64,000 bases of DNA from Spirochaetota bacterium (GCA_965206985.1 CBDBLF010000011.1:271730-335729), one strand, 5' to 3'; positions 1-9,962 are shown, counted from the first letter of the stretch. Notes: generated by a model not told the origin, from the letters alone. Program-made: numbers and translations.

Positions 1-2674
1 TTCTACTCCCGAACACATCACCATGGAAACCGACATACCTTTTGTCAACATCACTAAATATATTGGGGTGCAACATAGAACGAAACAGGTAAGTATATAA
101 CCGCCTTTTATCGCTAGTTCTAACAGTATTGTCAGTACCCTCGCCCGTATGACTGTCTTTGACCTTGACCTTACTCAAAGCATTATTCCAATCTCTATCT
201 GCCTGAGCCTTGATCATGTTGAAGTCAAAACCAGTATTCTCACCCGATACACCATTTCCCCCTGCCATATTTTTTCTCGCTCCATCATAACTGACGTAAG
301 AGAGACCAAATTTAAAGAGAAGAGTTTTAGTAGATTGAGTGTTGAATTTAACCCTCACTTCATTTCCATCAGACTTTCTAACAGGGCTGGTGTAGGTACG
401 GTCAAATTCCCCTGAGAGAAATATCTCATACTTAAAATTACCCCCTTCACCGCAAAACGTTCCTGCACGAATCTTGCCTCGAAGACCTTTATTAGAGCCA
501 CCGACCTGTCTCTGATCAATAAAACTATTGCCATCATCATATCTATCGGTGCGGGTATACGCTGCTAGGTTAAAATAGCCAGTATTTGCATTTGAAGGAT
601 AGGTTATTTTCATAATCCCTGTTCTTTTTGTTGCGCTGATCTCAATCAAAATACCCGTTTTGGTTGTCACCCGGTAATAACCAGGCTCTGCCCATTCTTC
701 ATCTGCCGGGACATTATCTCGTTCTGCCTTGGTTCTTCTGGGAGTGTGCCTTCTTTTTATCTCATAATCATCATGAATATTACCGCCACTAGCCGAATGA
801 GAAAGCCACTTCCTGTTGTTCTGAGTGGTGGCAGCTGTTGTGGGCATCATCAGAAAATCATGAGCGAGGTTACAGCCAGGACCTTGAAAGCTGAATGCTG
901 AGAAGCCCTTAATTTCTCTGGAACCCCCCTGATAGGTTGGCAATATACGGCCAGAACTATTACCACCGTCATCTGGAGGATCCCAAAACCGACCAGAGTG
1001 AAAGGCATTCGCCACCGTAAACAAAACCATGCCGAAGGGAACAGAAGCGAGTGGGTACACTCTGCTCGGTTGGTAAGAATGACCATGTGTATATCGTGTT
1101 CCTATGAATACATCGACAAACTGAGTCACGTCTTTATCTTCTACCACAGGCGTCCTCACACTTTCTGTAGCAGCAGTGCCTTGCACGCCATCAACATTCA
1201 AACCCGAGATGATGGGTGTCAGTTCGTACGTATGCGACTGACCCTGACCCAGATTGTGGGTATCTGTGAAAGTATACTTTGAACCCATTTTCGTCAAACC
1301 AGCCTTCTCCATTTTAGTGAAAAGAGCATGGGTAGAACCTCCACTTGTTCTCTGTAGCGTATAATGTGTAGCTCTTCCTGTTGTACTCCAGCTTAAATCA
1401 GACTTTACATCGGTAACACCAGATACCATAAAATCACTCACGCTGGGCGCATCCGGCAAGATAGCAGGCACATCAATAGTGTTTTGACTATCTGATATAG
1501 GCGCAATACTTTGCCCCTGTCCAGACTGTGCAGTTACACGATACTGTCGAGCCGAACCATACGGTTGATCCACACTCTTCGTTGCTGACGGTGAAAGAGT
1601 TCTAATAGTAATAACAGGAACATTCGGTATAAGAGGATCTCCCGTTTCAGTCAAAGTCTCAATTTCATAGCCCGTGATCAGCACCGCACTAAGGCTAATG
1701 GGCTCTCTAATTGTTAAATTAATCCGTGCACCATCAGTCAAACTTCTCATAGCATTTACTGTGTGCGTTACCCTTACTTGCCGATCAGACAATGACCTCG
1801 GACGAGCCGAAGTGAGAGCAGAAGCGTCATTTAATGATTCTACGTTTGTTGCCTCAAGACCATCACCGTCAATAACCATCACCGCTATGACCTTATAATC
1901 GTAATTTGTATTATTCGTCAAACCTGTGTCTACATACATGCACTCCTGAGCAGAGCATTCTTCTTTAGTAACCGTTTCAATCACATCAAAGAAAGTATCA
2001 CTGCTAGCCTTCCTGTGGACGATATATTTAGTTGCTAAGCTATTAACATCCCAGGTCAAAGTCGCCTGAGTCGAATCAGGGCTTGCCGTCAGCCCACCAA
2101 GAGTACCCAAAGTTTTTGGTCTGGGCATTCCATAAGCCCTTTCGCTTATAGGCCCATCACCTTGAGAGTTTCTCGCCAATATCTGAAAAGCATACCTTAC
2201 ACCATTTTCCATAGCAACCCCCTCAAGCCCTTCGTCAAAACGCTGACTATAAGAGACCTTGCCCGGTTCTTGTTCAGGCATGGCAAGAAACTTGGAGTCT
2301 CCAAGGTCATCGTCCATGAATATTTTATATTCAGATGCTCCCTCTGTTGCGTTCCACGAAACAGCTATGAACTCATTACCACCAGTAACCTCAAAATTAC
2401 TCACCTTGTCGGGTAGTGATAATCTATCTACTCCTGCAAGATCATCTGATGTAGTAGCACAGTAGAGACCCACCGCAGCCACAAAGAGCGACAACAGAGA
2501 GTAAATAATGCCTCTCCGCAAAGAGATATTCGAACGCACTCCCCGCACTCTATCTGAAAAAAATCGCTTAGGAACTCCAGAAGAAATTACCCAATCAACC
2601 GCTTTCAAAAAGAACCTGTCCATAAACAGGCACGATTTAAGAATAACCCCTAAAAATTTTTGTAAAACAACCAT
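1..2674 (-). CDS. Large surface lipoprotein with fibronectin type III-like domains (3' end outside window)
   Basis: Absent from the ORF track because it has no stop in the window. AGGAGG RBS, then ATG at 2674. Reads ...LLSLFVAAVGLYC (spirochaetal lipobox-like) then PDKVSNFEVTGGNEFIAVSWNATEGASEYKI (FN3-like). Same frame still open at bases 1-58 (ends spot-checked only). Confidence 0.7.
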   Translation of the reverse strand, partial: MVVLQKFLGVILKSCLFMDRFFLKAVDWVISSGVPKRFFSDRVRGVRSNISLRRGIIYSLLSLFVAAVGLYCATTSDDLAGVDRLSLPDKVSNFEVTGGNEFIAVSWNATEGASEYKIFMDDDLGDSKFLAMPEQEPGKVSYSQRFDEGLEGVAMENGVRYAFQILARNSQGDGPISERAYGMPRPKTLGTLGGLTASPDSTQATLTWDVNSLATKYIVHRKASSDTFFDVIETVTKEECSAQECMYVDTGLTNNTNYDYKVIAVMVIDGDGLEATNVESLNDASALTSARPRSLSDRQVRVTHTVNAMRSLTDGARINLTIREPISLSAVLITGYEIETLTETGDPLIPNVPVITIRTLSPSATKSVDQPYGSARQYRVTAQSGQGQSIAPISDSQNTIDVPAILPDAPSVSDFMVSGVTDVKSDLSWSTTGRATHYTLQRTSGGSTHALFTKMEKAGLTKMGSKYTFTDTHNLGQGQSHTYELTPIISGLNVDGVQGTAATESVRTPVVEDKDVTQFVDVFIGTRYTHGHSYQPSRVYPLASVPFGMVLFTVANAFHSGRFWDPPDDGGNSSGRILPTYQGGSREIKGFSAFSFQGPGCNLAHDFLMMPTTAATTQNNRKWLSHSASGGNIHDDYEIKRRHTPRRTKAERDNVPADEEWAEPGYYRVTTKTGILIEISATKRTGIMKITYPSNANTGYFNLAAYTRTDRYDDGNSFIDQRQVGGSNKGLRGKIRAGTFCGEGGNFKYEIFLSGEFDRTYTSPVRKSDGNEVRVKFNTQSTKTLLFKFGLSYVSYDGARKNMAGGNGVSGENTGFDFNMIKAQADRDWNNALSKVKVKDSHTGEGTDNTVRTSDKRRLYTYLFRSMLHPNIFSDVDKRYVGFHGDVFGSR

Positions 2675-3310
2675 GAAAAACCTCCTTTTCAATTATTGGC
2701 ACTAGCCTTCCACATGGCGTATGAAATCTAATTGTCAACTACTTTTTATAAAAAAATGAAGTTTTTTGTGGCCTTTTTTCATAATTTGGGGAAGATCATG
2801 AAAAAACTAAAAATTGACGATAAGAATGAGCTAATTGCAAGTGTTCGAGATGGACATAGTGTCGAATTTTGAAAATATACATAATTCAAAAAAGATTTTA
2901 CTTAATCTGGCTGCCAACATTTTTTTTCGAGTATATTGCTCTGAAGACAAGAGAAAGAAAAGAGATATTGGTCATTTTGTTATTTTTCTACGAATTGCTT
3001 TACCAGTTCTTCAATTAAAAAAGCAGGGTGAGAAATTACTACTAACTGGCGTAAATAGGAATGTATGGCAGGCCATCGGCGCAGATAAACGGCGACTGGC
3101 AATCTGGCAATAGAAGCCCTGGAAGTTTATGGCGTACTGACAGCCAAAATTAGCTGCAATCCAGTTTTCCGGACTGTTTTCTCCAGTAACAGAGCCAAAT
3201 AGGTGCCTGTTGAGGAAAGCTGTACAGGGACTTTTCCTCGTCAACCTTGCCGCCGACACTGGTTGTAGCGGCTAAAGTTTCAGGTGCGATCCCGTTCTCA
3301 ACCCTTTATG

Positions 3311-3597
3311 CCTATAGTTTCTCCTGTCAATTGTCCTTGGGGAAGAAAGGCTAAAGAATTGTCTTGGCGACGATGAAACTTCCTGGCTGGATTACGATGC
3401 AGTCAATCTGGTCAGCCGTTCGGGTGTCAAATTACCGATGTTAATCAGTAAAGGATCTGCCGATGAGTTTCTGGCAAATTAATTGAAACCAGAACTGCTA
3501 TAACTATAAATAGACACTTGCAAAGAATTGGGCTACCTAGTGTAGTTCAGTTGGCGAAAAGCTTGTGACCATAGCTATTTTTTCATTGCTACACATA
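3311..3597 (+). pseudogene. Degraded S-formylglutathione hydrolase (FghA/FrmB-like) C-terminal remnant
   Basis: Across stops and frameshifts reads PIVSPVNCPWG...LGDDETSWLDYDA...LPMLISKGSADEFL..LKPELL...DHSYFFIA, matching the esterase-D/FghA C-terminus. Confidence 0.7.
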
Positions 3598-3660
3598 AAC
3601 TTTACTAGAATAATTCATATGCAGTTAACTCTTGACTAGAATTTACTTTTTTTTACGAAA

Positions 3661-3710
3661 AAGCTAGTCTTTAGGGCTTTTTTTAGGTTAAAGTGATACT
3701 AAAAGTATCG
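3661..3710. repeat. Dispersed ~50-bp intergenic repeat, copy 1
   Basis: AGCTAGTCTTTAGGGCTTTTTTTAGGTTAAAGTGATACTAAAAGTATCG is a near reverse complement of 53075-53125. Confidence 0.75.
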
Positions 3711-3920
3711 AATTATGCTACCTCCATTGGAGTAGAGAGAGGTGGAGTATCGTAAAGTGAGACTATTTTTGTATATCTGTGATTATTATAGGTTTTTAAG
3801 CTATGGGTTAAAAGCATTGACATGTTATTATGCGAGAGAACTTCATTCTTCCAATTTGCGTTCAGACGCAATAATGTGGTTTTGACGATTTTCTATTGCG
3901 GTCGCAAACAACATTCCAAA

Positions 3921-4385
3921 TTAAATATGCTTCTCGGTTCTTCGGGAAAGGATCGATTTTAGAGCTTCAATAATTGCTATCATTTCTTGCTTTGTGATCT
4001 GATTATAGGTTTTATCAAACATTCTTTGAGAGAGCTCTTCAATTCTGACTTTTTGTCTGCTTTGATTGATTTTTCTCTTAAGAGAGCTTACATAATTTTT
4101 CTGTTTTTGAGTGGGTCTGTATTTCTCCAGGTGTATTATATTTGTATTTTTGGCTGTTGTTTTCTGACTCCCTTTTCTTGCTTTGTCCTTTTTAGTTTTT
4201 TGGCTTAGCAAATGAAAAATAACTTTTTTGGCTTGCTCTTTTGTTAAAGAAGATATGGACTCTGAACCAGTGACTGAAAAAACGATACAGTAAAGGTACT
4301 CATCGGCGATTTTTAAATCTCTGGCCAAAGCCCATATATGCCTAAGTTGAGGCTTAGTTAGTTTTTCTTTAGTCATTTTTTTCAA
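3921..4385 (-). CDS. Mu GemA/gp16-like regulatory protein (DUF1018-like)
   Basis: QLRHIWALARDLKIADEYLY...TGSESISSLTKEQAKKVI motif; last gene of the early operon. Confidence 0.8.
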   Translation of the reverse strand: MKKMTKEKLTKPQLRHIWALARDLKIADEYLYCIVFSVTGSESISSLTKEQAKKVIFHLLSQKTKKDKARKGSQKTTAKNTNIIHLEKYRPTQKQKNYVSSLKRKINQSRQKVRIEELSQRMFDKTYNQITKQEMIAIIEALKSILSRRTEKHI

Positions 4386-4399
4386 CTAGTTACACCAAC

Positions 4400-4618
4400 T
4401 CAGCTCGGATTCAATTGAAATTGAGAAAAAGCGTCTGCCCACATGGCCGATGCTTTGCTACTTGATGAGTATTGAGAAATTTGATTGTGAATCAAAATTG
4501 CATTATTGAAAAAACTTGTCTGCAAAGTCACATCTCCCATTCTCGAAGCAGTATAGAAGTCTCTGACTGCTTGGTGTAGCAGTGACTCGTACGTTTCGAA
4601 GGATTGTCTCACAGTCAT
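4400..4618 (-). CDS. Phage hypothetical protein
   Basis: Tightly packed in the early operon. Confidence 0.6.
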   Translation of the reverse strand: MTVRQSFETYESLLHQAVRDFYTASRMGDVTLQTSFFNNAILIHNQISQYSSSSKASAMWADAFSQFQLNPS

Positions 4619-4620
4619 CT

Positions 4621-5130
4621 TTAACTTACTTGTTTAAGCAGCTCTTTGTTCATTTGGTCTTTGTTAATTTCGTAAAAAAAATGATCTTCTACTGTTTTGG
4701 CCGCGTCTACCTGAGCGAGGTCTTCGTCTTTCCACTCCTTTAGAAATTCGCGATCGACTTCTTCTTTGACTCGAACTCCTTTTGCAGGAAATACTTTTTT
4801 CAAAAGTTCTAAGGTTGTTTTTTTGGTCTTGAGTTTTGTTGATTTGCGAAATCCCATACTGCCCCACGACATTTCCTGAGTTTTTTTTTTATTGAAGAGC
4901 TTGAACTTGTTATATTGGGCAAAAATCGACAGGGCATCACCCAGCTCTTTTATACGATCTCTTGTTTCTTTGCCTTCTTGGACCGCTTGCTCTTTGATTT
5001 GACCAATTTTTTTGCTGTATTTATTGTCGATTCGATCAATTTCTATCTCAGCTACAGCCAGCTCCTTCAGTGTTGCATTAGCCTCGTCAAGAGATTCAAT
5101 GCTCGTTATATTTGGTTTTACTCTACTCAT
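4621..5130 (-). CDS. gam: Mu Gam-like DNA end-protecting host-nuclease inhibitor
   Basis: Coiled-coil N-terminus, KKKTQEMSWGSMGFRKS, VRVKEEVDRE, EDHFFYE; follows the ATPase gene. Confidence 0.85.
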   Translation of the reverse strand: MSRVKPNITSIESLDEANATLKELAVAEIEIDRIDNKYSKKIGQIKEQAVQEGKETRDRIKELGDALSIFAQYNKFKLFNKKKTQEMSWGSMGFRKSTKLKTKKTTLELLKKVFPAKGVRVKEEVDREFLKEWKDEDLAQVDAAKTVEDHFFYEINKDQMNKELLKQVS

Positions 5131-5176
5131 TTTTTCCTCCTGCTTATTTTTTATTAAGCCATATTAAATTTTATTT

Positions 5177-6148
5177 TTATGATATTGCTTTTTTCTCTTG
5201 CACAGAACCAGTTTCAATTTTCTCTTGAATTAATGAATAGGTGGCCTCATTCATTGCCTCATTGATTTTCTGCGTTGTTTTCTTATTATTAAGAAAATCA
5301 GAGACCCGCTTTTTAGCACTTTTAATTTCTGGGTTTTCGTCTTGAACTTTTTGGGCGATCATCGCTTGGGTGATGCCGTTGTTTTTGAGTAATATTTTTT
5401 TATCTGTCCCAAAATACTCTGCCAGAAATTCTTCGCCGATTATTCCATCAAACTCAGGAACAGCTTTTTTAAGCATGTTAATTAAGTGCTTAACATTCAG
5501 AGGGGTTCTGGTCTCTGGCAAATAGGTAAGCCAACGCTCTTTTGCCTTTTCATTTTGAAATTTGATTCCAAATCGTTTATTTGCAATTTCGACCGCCTCG
5601 TCCGGGCTGATGATATCCATGTGGGTTCGTTGAATGCGACAACCTAGTTCTTGATTAGTGAAAATCTTATCCCATTTTACAGAATTTTTCCCAAAAAGAA
5701 CAATAGAGAAAAGAGAATCAGAATATTCAGAGCCAAGCTCATGTATTTTTTTCATATCAAAGAATGTTTGATCGTTAAGGTCTTGAGCTTCATCAATCAT
5801 TAGAATTACCTTTTTACCAAGCTTATTGGCATTTTGTAAACATTGCTCCAGTAAGGTGTATTTATCTTCTGTGCACTGTGGAGGTGTGATGCCGGGAGAA
5901 AGGGCTTTGATCATATTTTTCATTATGTGTGATATCCGTGAGTACCTGCTGTTAAAGCCTTTCATACAATAGAGAGCGTATTTATCTGGGTTCATTTGCC
6001 AATGCCTCCATAGATAGTTGTACATCTGAGTTTTGCCGGAGCCTATAGTGGCTATGACAGTCAGAAACCCGTTATTTTTGAGTGTAAACCTTATTTCTTT
6101 TTTGACACGTTTTACATTTTTTGTTTCAATTAGTATGGGTAAGTCCAT
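5177..6148 (-). CDS. MuB-like transposition AAA+ ATPase with C-terminal HTH
   Basis: Walker A GSGKT, Walker B MIDEAQDL; directly downstream of the transposase. Confidence 0.85.
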   Translation of the reverse strand: MDLPILIETKNVKRVKKEIRFTLKNNGFLTVIATIGSGKTQMYNYLWRHWQMNPDKYALYCMKGFNSRYSRISHIMKNMIKALSPGITPPQCTEDKYTLLEQCLQNANKLGKKVILMIDEAQDLNDQTFFDMKKIHELGSEYSDSLFSIVLFGKNSVKWDKIFTNQELGCRIQRTHMDIISPDEAVEIANKRFGIKFQNEKAKERWLTYLPETRTPLNVKHLINMLKKAVPEFDGIIGEEFLAEYFGTDKKILLKNNGITQAMIAQKVQDENPEIKSAKKRVSDFLNNKKTTQKINEAMNEATYSLIQEKIETGSVQEKKAIS

Positions 6149-6160
6149 ATTCTATTCCTC

Positions 6161-7960
6161 CTACAAATTAGCTATCCCTAGCTGGTTGTTATTCTTTGCC
6201 TCATTTAGAATTTGGATAAAGCTCTCTATGAGTTTACCTGGTATGAAGCCATTATGCTCCAGTGCCAAAGCGAAGCCACTTTCAATGGTATTTATGGTTG
6301 ATTTGGGAATTTCTTCATCAAGAAGAATTTCAAGAAGGGCTGTCTTGTTGAGAATGTAGAGCCTAGCTGATTCTATCGTTTTGAATGTCTTTGGAACTGC
6401 CGGGCTTTCAGTTTTTAGGGGTTCCGCCAAACTGGGGAAACGAATAACATTCGTTTCATCTATATCATTTGGTAAAATGTCAGAAAAGGTAATACCATCA
6501 CCTCTCCGCAGTTTTTGTGCATGGCTTTCTGCTTCTTCATTCAAATAGTCTGCCTCTGTTTTTTTGAAAGATTTATATTGGCCAAAGACCGTCGTTCTAG
6601 GGCCGACTTGCTCTATCTGGTAGTGGCGTCCGTCTGTGTCTTCAGCACTTAATGGGGTCTTAGACATTGGAGTTTTATATACTTTAACTTTCTGGTTGAC
6701 CAGATTTTCATTTACGAAGTATTTAATATTATCAATTTGGAAGCAACCATAACTATCAATATCTCTATCGTAATGAGACACCATAGCATCTTGTATGTTC
6801 TCTTGGGTGACTGAACGAATGGGTGATATCAGGTTTCCTTTTTGCCAGGCATCTGAAAGACCCTTCTTGTGACATAGATGATGAGCCCAAGCCCCATAAA
6901 AAAAATTGACCTGCTCTATTGAGCTGACCGCGTGCCGATTCAAACTAACTTCGAAGTGTTTTTTTGATGCTCCGATTAGAGATTCTACTTTTCCTTTTGC
7001 TCGAGGATTCCCGGATAAATGGGTTTCGACTCTGATATCTAAACGCTTAAAAAAGTTGAGTATCAGTTTACTCTTTAGAGCAGATCCCTCATCGCAGTAG
7101 ATAATCTCTGGGGCTCCCTGAAACAAAGAGTGACGAAGGGGGTGATTTCTTCCGGCTAATGCGGGCAGGTTATTTTTTGGTAAAAAAGCAAAGCGAAGGA
7201 AGGTTAAAAAGTCATGAGAGTTTTCCCCACCTACTTTGCTTTTTTCTCCAATCGGCTCAGGTGCGAAGGCCATCGGCAACCAAAGTCCAGAATACATGTC
7301 TACAATATAATATACCCAGATTTTATACATGGCGTTTTTTCTCAGAATATCTTCTTTATGTGAGTCGCCTTGCGGGAAGTGTAGATATTGAATTCTGTTT
7401 TTACTTTTTTGTCGAGTACGAGCAGTTTCAGGTAGATGCATATAATATTGGTTCATTGGCGTTGCATCAAGAACAAAGACGTGTCCGGGATACTTGGCGG
7501 TGAGTTTGATAGATGCTTTAGGAATCTGGGAGGTTTTTCTATTTAGACCATACTTGCGAAGTAGCCTGTCCATGCCCCACCAGTTATATTTGCCCTGTGG
7601 GATTCGCTTCATCTTTTCGGCAATATGGATGGCATTTTCGGTTGGTATCCAGTAGCCTGCTTTTTCCCCTGGTTGTCTTTTGATGCCGGAGATTATTACA
7701 GCGTCTTTTTTTTCTTGCTCGACTTGACTGTCGGCTTTCCTGCCATTACGTGTGGTTTCGAGGGAAGCTATATCTCTGACATCGTAACCCCTCGAAACTG
7801 ATTTTTTAATTCGTGTGTAGACAGATTGTTTCGAAAGACCAACTGTGGCTGCGAACTCTGCGACGAGCTCTCCTCGACGAGGGCTTTGTACTGGGCAAGC
7901 GTTGAATTTGCCTAAAAATTCGGCTAGCAAGTAAGGGTCTATTTTTTTTCCTCTGGGCAT
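6161..7960 (-). CDS. MuA-like DDE transposase
   Basis: N-terminal HTH; catalytic motifs VLDATP, YCDEGS, NPRAKGKVES; 599 aa. Confidence 0.9.
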   Translation of the reverse strand: MPRGKKIDPYLLAEFLGKFNACPVQSPRRGELVAEFAATVGLSKQSVYTRIKKSVSRGYDVRDIASLETTRNGRKADSQVEQEKKDAVIISGIKRQPGEKAGYWIPTENAIHIAEKMKRIPQGKYNWWGMDRLLRKYGLNRKTSQIPKASIKLTAKYPGHVFVLDATPMNQYYMHLPETARTRQKSKNRIQYLHFPQGDSHKEDILRKNAMYKIWVYYIVDMYSGLWLPMAFAPEPIGEKSKVGGENSHDFLTFLRFAFLPKNNLPALAGRNHPLRHSLFQGAPEIIYCDEGSALKSKLILNFFKRLDIRVETHLSGNPRAKGKVESLIGASKKHFEVSLNRHAVSSIEQVNFFYGAWAHHLCHKKGLSDAWQKGNLISPIRSVTQENIQDAMVSHYDRDIDSYGCFQIDNIKYFVNENLVNQKVKVYKTPMSKTPLSAEDTDGRHYQIEQVGPRTTVFGQYKSFKKTEADYLNEEAESHAQKLRRGDGITFSDILPNDIDETNVIRFPSLAEPLKTESPAVPKTFKTIESARLYILNKTALLEILLDEEIPKSTINTIESGFALALEHNGFIPGKLIESFIQILNEAKNNNQLGIANL

Positions 7961-7975
7961 TTTTTTTGTTTCCCC

Positions 7976-8827
7976 TTAGGGAACGAGCTCTTGATCTTGT
8001 TCGTAGCTTGAGTCTGTCAAATCTGAGACCCAGTTCACTCGGATGTTTTCTGCTGCGTATTGAAGGTTGTTGCAAGCAGTCTCTACCATGCCGGTCATTT
8101 GTTCGTCTCTTAGTTTGTCAGGAATTTCAGAGATCAATGCTTGTAGATTATTGATCTCTTTTGTGATGAACATAATTTTTTCGATGGCTTCGTCTTTGTT
8201 TAGAATCGATTCATATTTTCGAGAGTCGATATTTTTGTCTCTTGCGATGGCATCCAAGACTCTTCTATTCTCTTCTTCTGATTTTCTAAAATCTGACTCT
8301 AGTTCTTGAATCGTTTGGCGGTGATTTTCTCTATGAGCTTTTTCTGAATTAAGTTTTTCGTTTAGTTGCTTATTCTTTTCTTTTAGACTATCAAGTTTTG
8401 TTTTGATCAGCAGTTGTATTTTTTCCTCATCTTCTTCGGTTTTGATTTCTTCGATGATTTTTCTGTCGCCTGCCTTTTTGATCTCTATGAGTTTACGAAT
8501 GCCGACGCTCTCTAGGGCTGTTATATTTTTTGAATCAGAAAAAGCATCACCAACAGAAACCAAAGATAGCACATACGAATAAGAATATAGACCGATTCCC
8601 TCCACATATTCTTTGAAGTTCTCACAGGCTCGCATCATATAGAGCTGATTGTCTTTGATTATTTTAAAGGCTAAAGCTAGCTCCAAAGTACTGATTTTGA
8701 TTCTGTGTTCTGCTAGAAGCAGAGTTCTTTGCTCTTCTTCACTAAAGACGATTGCCTCTCCTGTTTCTGGATTTGTGCCAGAGAGAACCAGCTTTTCTTC
8801 TTTATCTTTTATTTTGTTTTTTTTCAT
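7976..8827 (-). CDS. Early coiled-coil protein (DUF3102-like)
   Basis: LAFKIIKDNQLY...FKEYVE..G.SYSY N-terminus; sits upstream of the transposase as in transposable phages. Confidence 0.55.
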   Translation of the reverse strand: MKKNKIKDKEEKLVLSGTNPETGEAIVFSEEEQRTLLLAEHRIKISTLELALAFKIIKDNQLYMMRACENFKEYVEGIGLYSYSYVLSLVSVGDAFSDSKNITALESVGIRKLIEIKKAGDRKIIEEIKTEEDEEKIQLLIKTKLDSLKEKNKQLNEKLNSEKAHRENHRQTIQELESDFRKSEEENRRVLDAIARDKNIDSRKYESILNKDEAIEKIMFITKEINNLQALISEIPDKLRDEQMTGMVETACNNLQYAAENIRVNWVSDLTDSSYEQDQELVP

Positions 8828-9104
8828 AATCTCTTTTTCTCCTTTTTATGAGGTTGATTTGTTTTTGGTTTTCCTTTAGATTAAAAGCAGTTGACGGGTT
8901 CAATAGGTATGCAGTGTTGATTTTCGTGACCAGACTATAGTTGATTAGCTCGTTCAAAGCCCTATGAATGGCGGCCTTGGGTTTATTGAAAACAATGCCG
9001 AGCTCTTTAGCCGACCACTGTTCAACGGGGCGTCCTAAAAAATGTCTGATGAGTCGTAGTGGCAAGTTATCTCTCCTGTTTTTAATTTCGTTAAACGGGC
9101 ACAT
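8802..9104 (-). CDS. Small winged-helix DNA-binding protein
   Basis: WSAKELGIVFNKPKAAIHRALNELINYSLV HTH; ATG at 9104 overlaps the end of the upstream gene. Confidence 0.65.
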   Translation of the reverse strand: MCPFNEIKNRRDNLPLRLIRHFLGRPVEQWSAKELGIVFNKPKAAIHRALNELINYSLVTKINTAYLLNPSTAFNLKENQKQINLIKRRKRDYEKKQNKR

Positions 9105-9567
9105 TGTCGAAGCCGTGGCCTTTATATTTTTTTCCGTCAAAGCTGAGCACTTGGTCACGATTACGAGTCGTGTCTTTCAAGAAAGAAACGTGCACCCAAC
9201 CTGAATCAAGCCGATTGTCTTCTGGTCTCCAACACTCAAGAATCAATTGATCAAAAGTGAAGTTGCGAGCAATCAACTTTGCCATCTCGTAATTTCCGAT
9301 TGAAAAGCATTCGATGTCCGCCGCCTCACCTTTCATGTGCTGTGAGGTCTTTGAACCTCCAATTGCACGGTTGAGTTCTTCGCAACGATAACCCGAATTA
9401 ACAAATATAGGTTTGCCAATTTCTTTTCTGAGCGGCTCTAAAATGTAAGTTGCCAAAGCCTGCAGATTCTCCATGTGCTCTTCCTTGGGGGCGTTATCGA
9501 TACCCCTCCGTGCGGCAGTTTGGCTCTTTGTTAATTCGGCCAAAGTAAAGTGTTCAGTTAGTTTCAT
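9091..9567 (-). CDS. Peptidase M15A-family Zn peptidase (endolysin candidate)
   Basis: LTEHFTLAELTKS, NSGYRC..LNRAIGG..TSQHMKGEAADI, FDQLILE, WVHVSF. Confidence 0.9.
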   Translation of the reverse strand: MKLTEHFTLAELTKSQTAARRGIDNAPKEEHMENLQALATYILEPLRKEIGKPIFVNSGYRCEELNRAIGGSKTSQHMKGEAADIECFSIGNYEMAKLIARNFTFDQLILECWRPEDNRLDSGWVHVSFLKDTTRNRDQVLSFDGKKYKGHGFDNVPV

Positions 9568-9597
9568 TTTTTATTCTCCTTATTGTTTAATTGATTT

Positions 9598-9825
9598 TTA
9601 AGATTTTTTATTTTCCTTTTTCAGCCTTTCGATTCCGTCATTATTTCTGAGGTGTATAATTCCGTTTTTCATATTTTTTCTAAGAACGTTATTATAGAAT
9701 TTTGCCAACATCGCGTTGGAGTTTTGCCACTCTCCAAAGATGCCTTTTTGCTCTTCCTCTGAAAGCTTCAAAAACTCTGCTTCTTGGTCGGTCGTTGGCA
9801 ATTTGAGCAGTGTTTTAAAATTCAT
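9598..9825 (-). CDS. Phage hypothetical protein
   Basis: In operon; ATGA-coupled to the upstream small ORF. Confidence 0.6.
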   Translation of the reverse strand: MNFKTLLKLPTTDQEAEFLKLSEEEQKGIFGEWQNSNAMLAKFYNNVLRKNMKNGIIHLRNNDGIERLKKENKKS

Positions 9826-9962
9826 TTATTGTGCCTCTTCATTCTCTGACATTCAATATGTTGCCTAGAGGCCTTGATTTCTTCTTCTACATCGCATTTA
9901 GTCTTTTGGAGATAGTAGAAAATACCTCCTGCTATGAGTATTAAAGATAATTCAACGATCAC
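9822..9962 (-). CDS. 46-aa single-TM small protein (MIVELSLILIAGGIFYYLQKTKCDVEEEIKASRQHIECQRMKRHNK)
   Basis: Below the ORF-track cutoff. GTG overlaps the upstream stop (GTGA) and its own stop overlaps the next ATG (ATGA). Confidence 0.65.
   Translation of the reverse strand: MIVELSLILIAGGIFYYLQKTKCDVEEEIKASRQHIECQRMKRHNK

Noticed and set aside
149..2705. Short ORFs listed in the track
   Set aside because: Shadows of the long minus-strand FN3 gene
3770..3920. Exact prophage left end (TG at 3778, 3823 or 3875) paired with a right end at 35849-35942
   Set aside because: Partial inverted similarity exists (TGTGGTTTTGACGAT vs AGAGGTTTTGCGAT), but no TG...CA pair gave an exact 5-6 bp target duplication
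5177..6148. ExeA secretion ATPase or Tn7/CAST TnsC
   Set aside because: Lies between the transposase and gam in a phage early operon; no tniQ or cas genes
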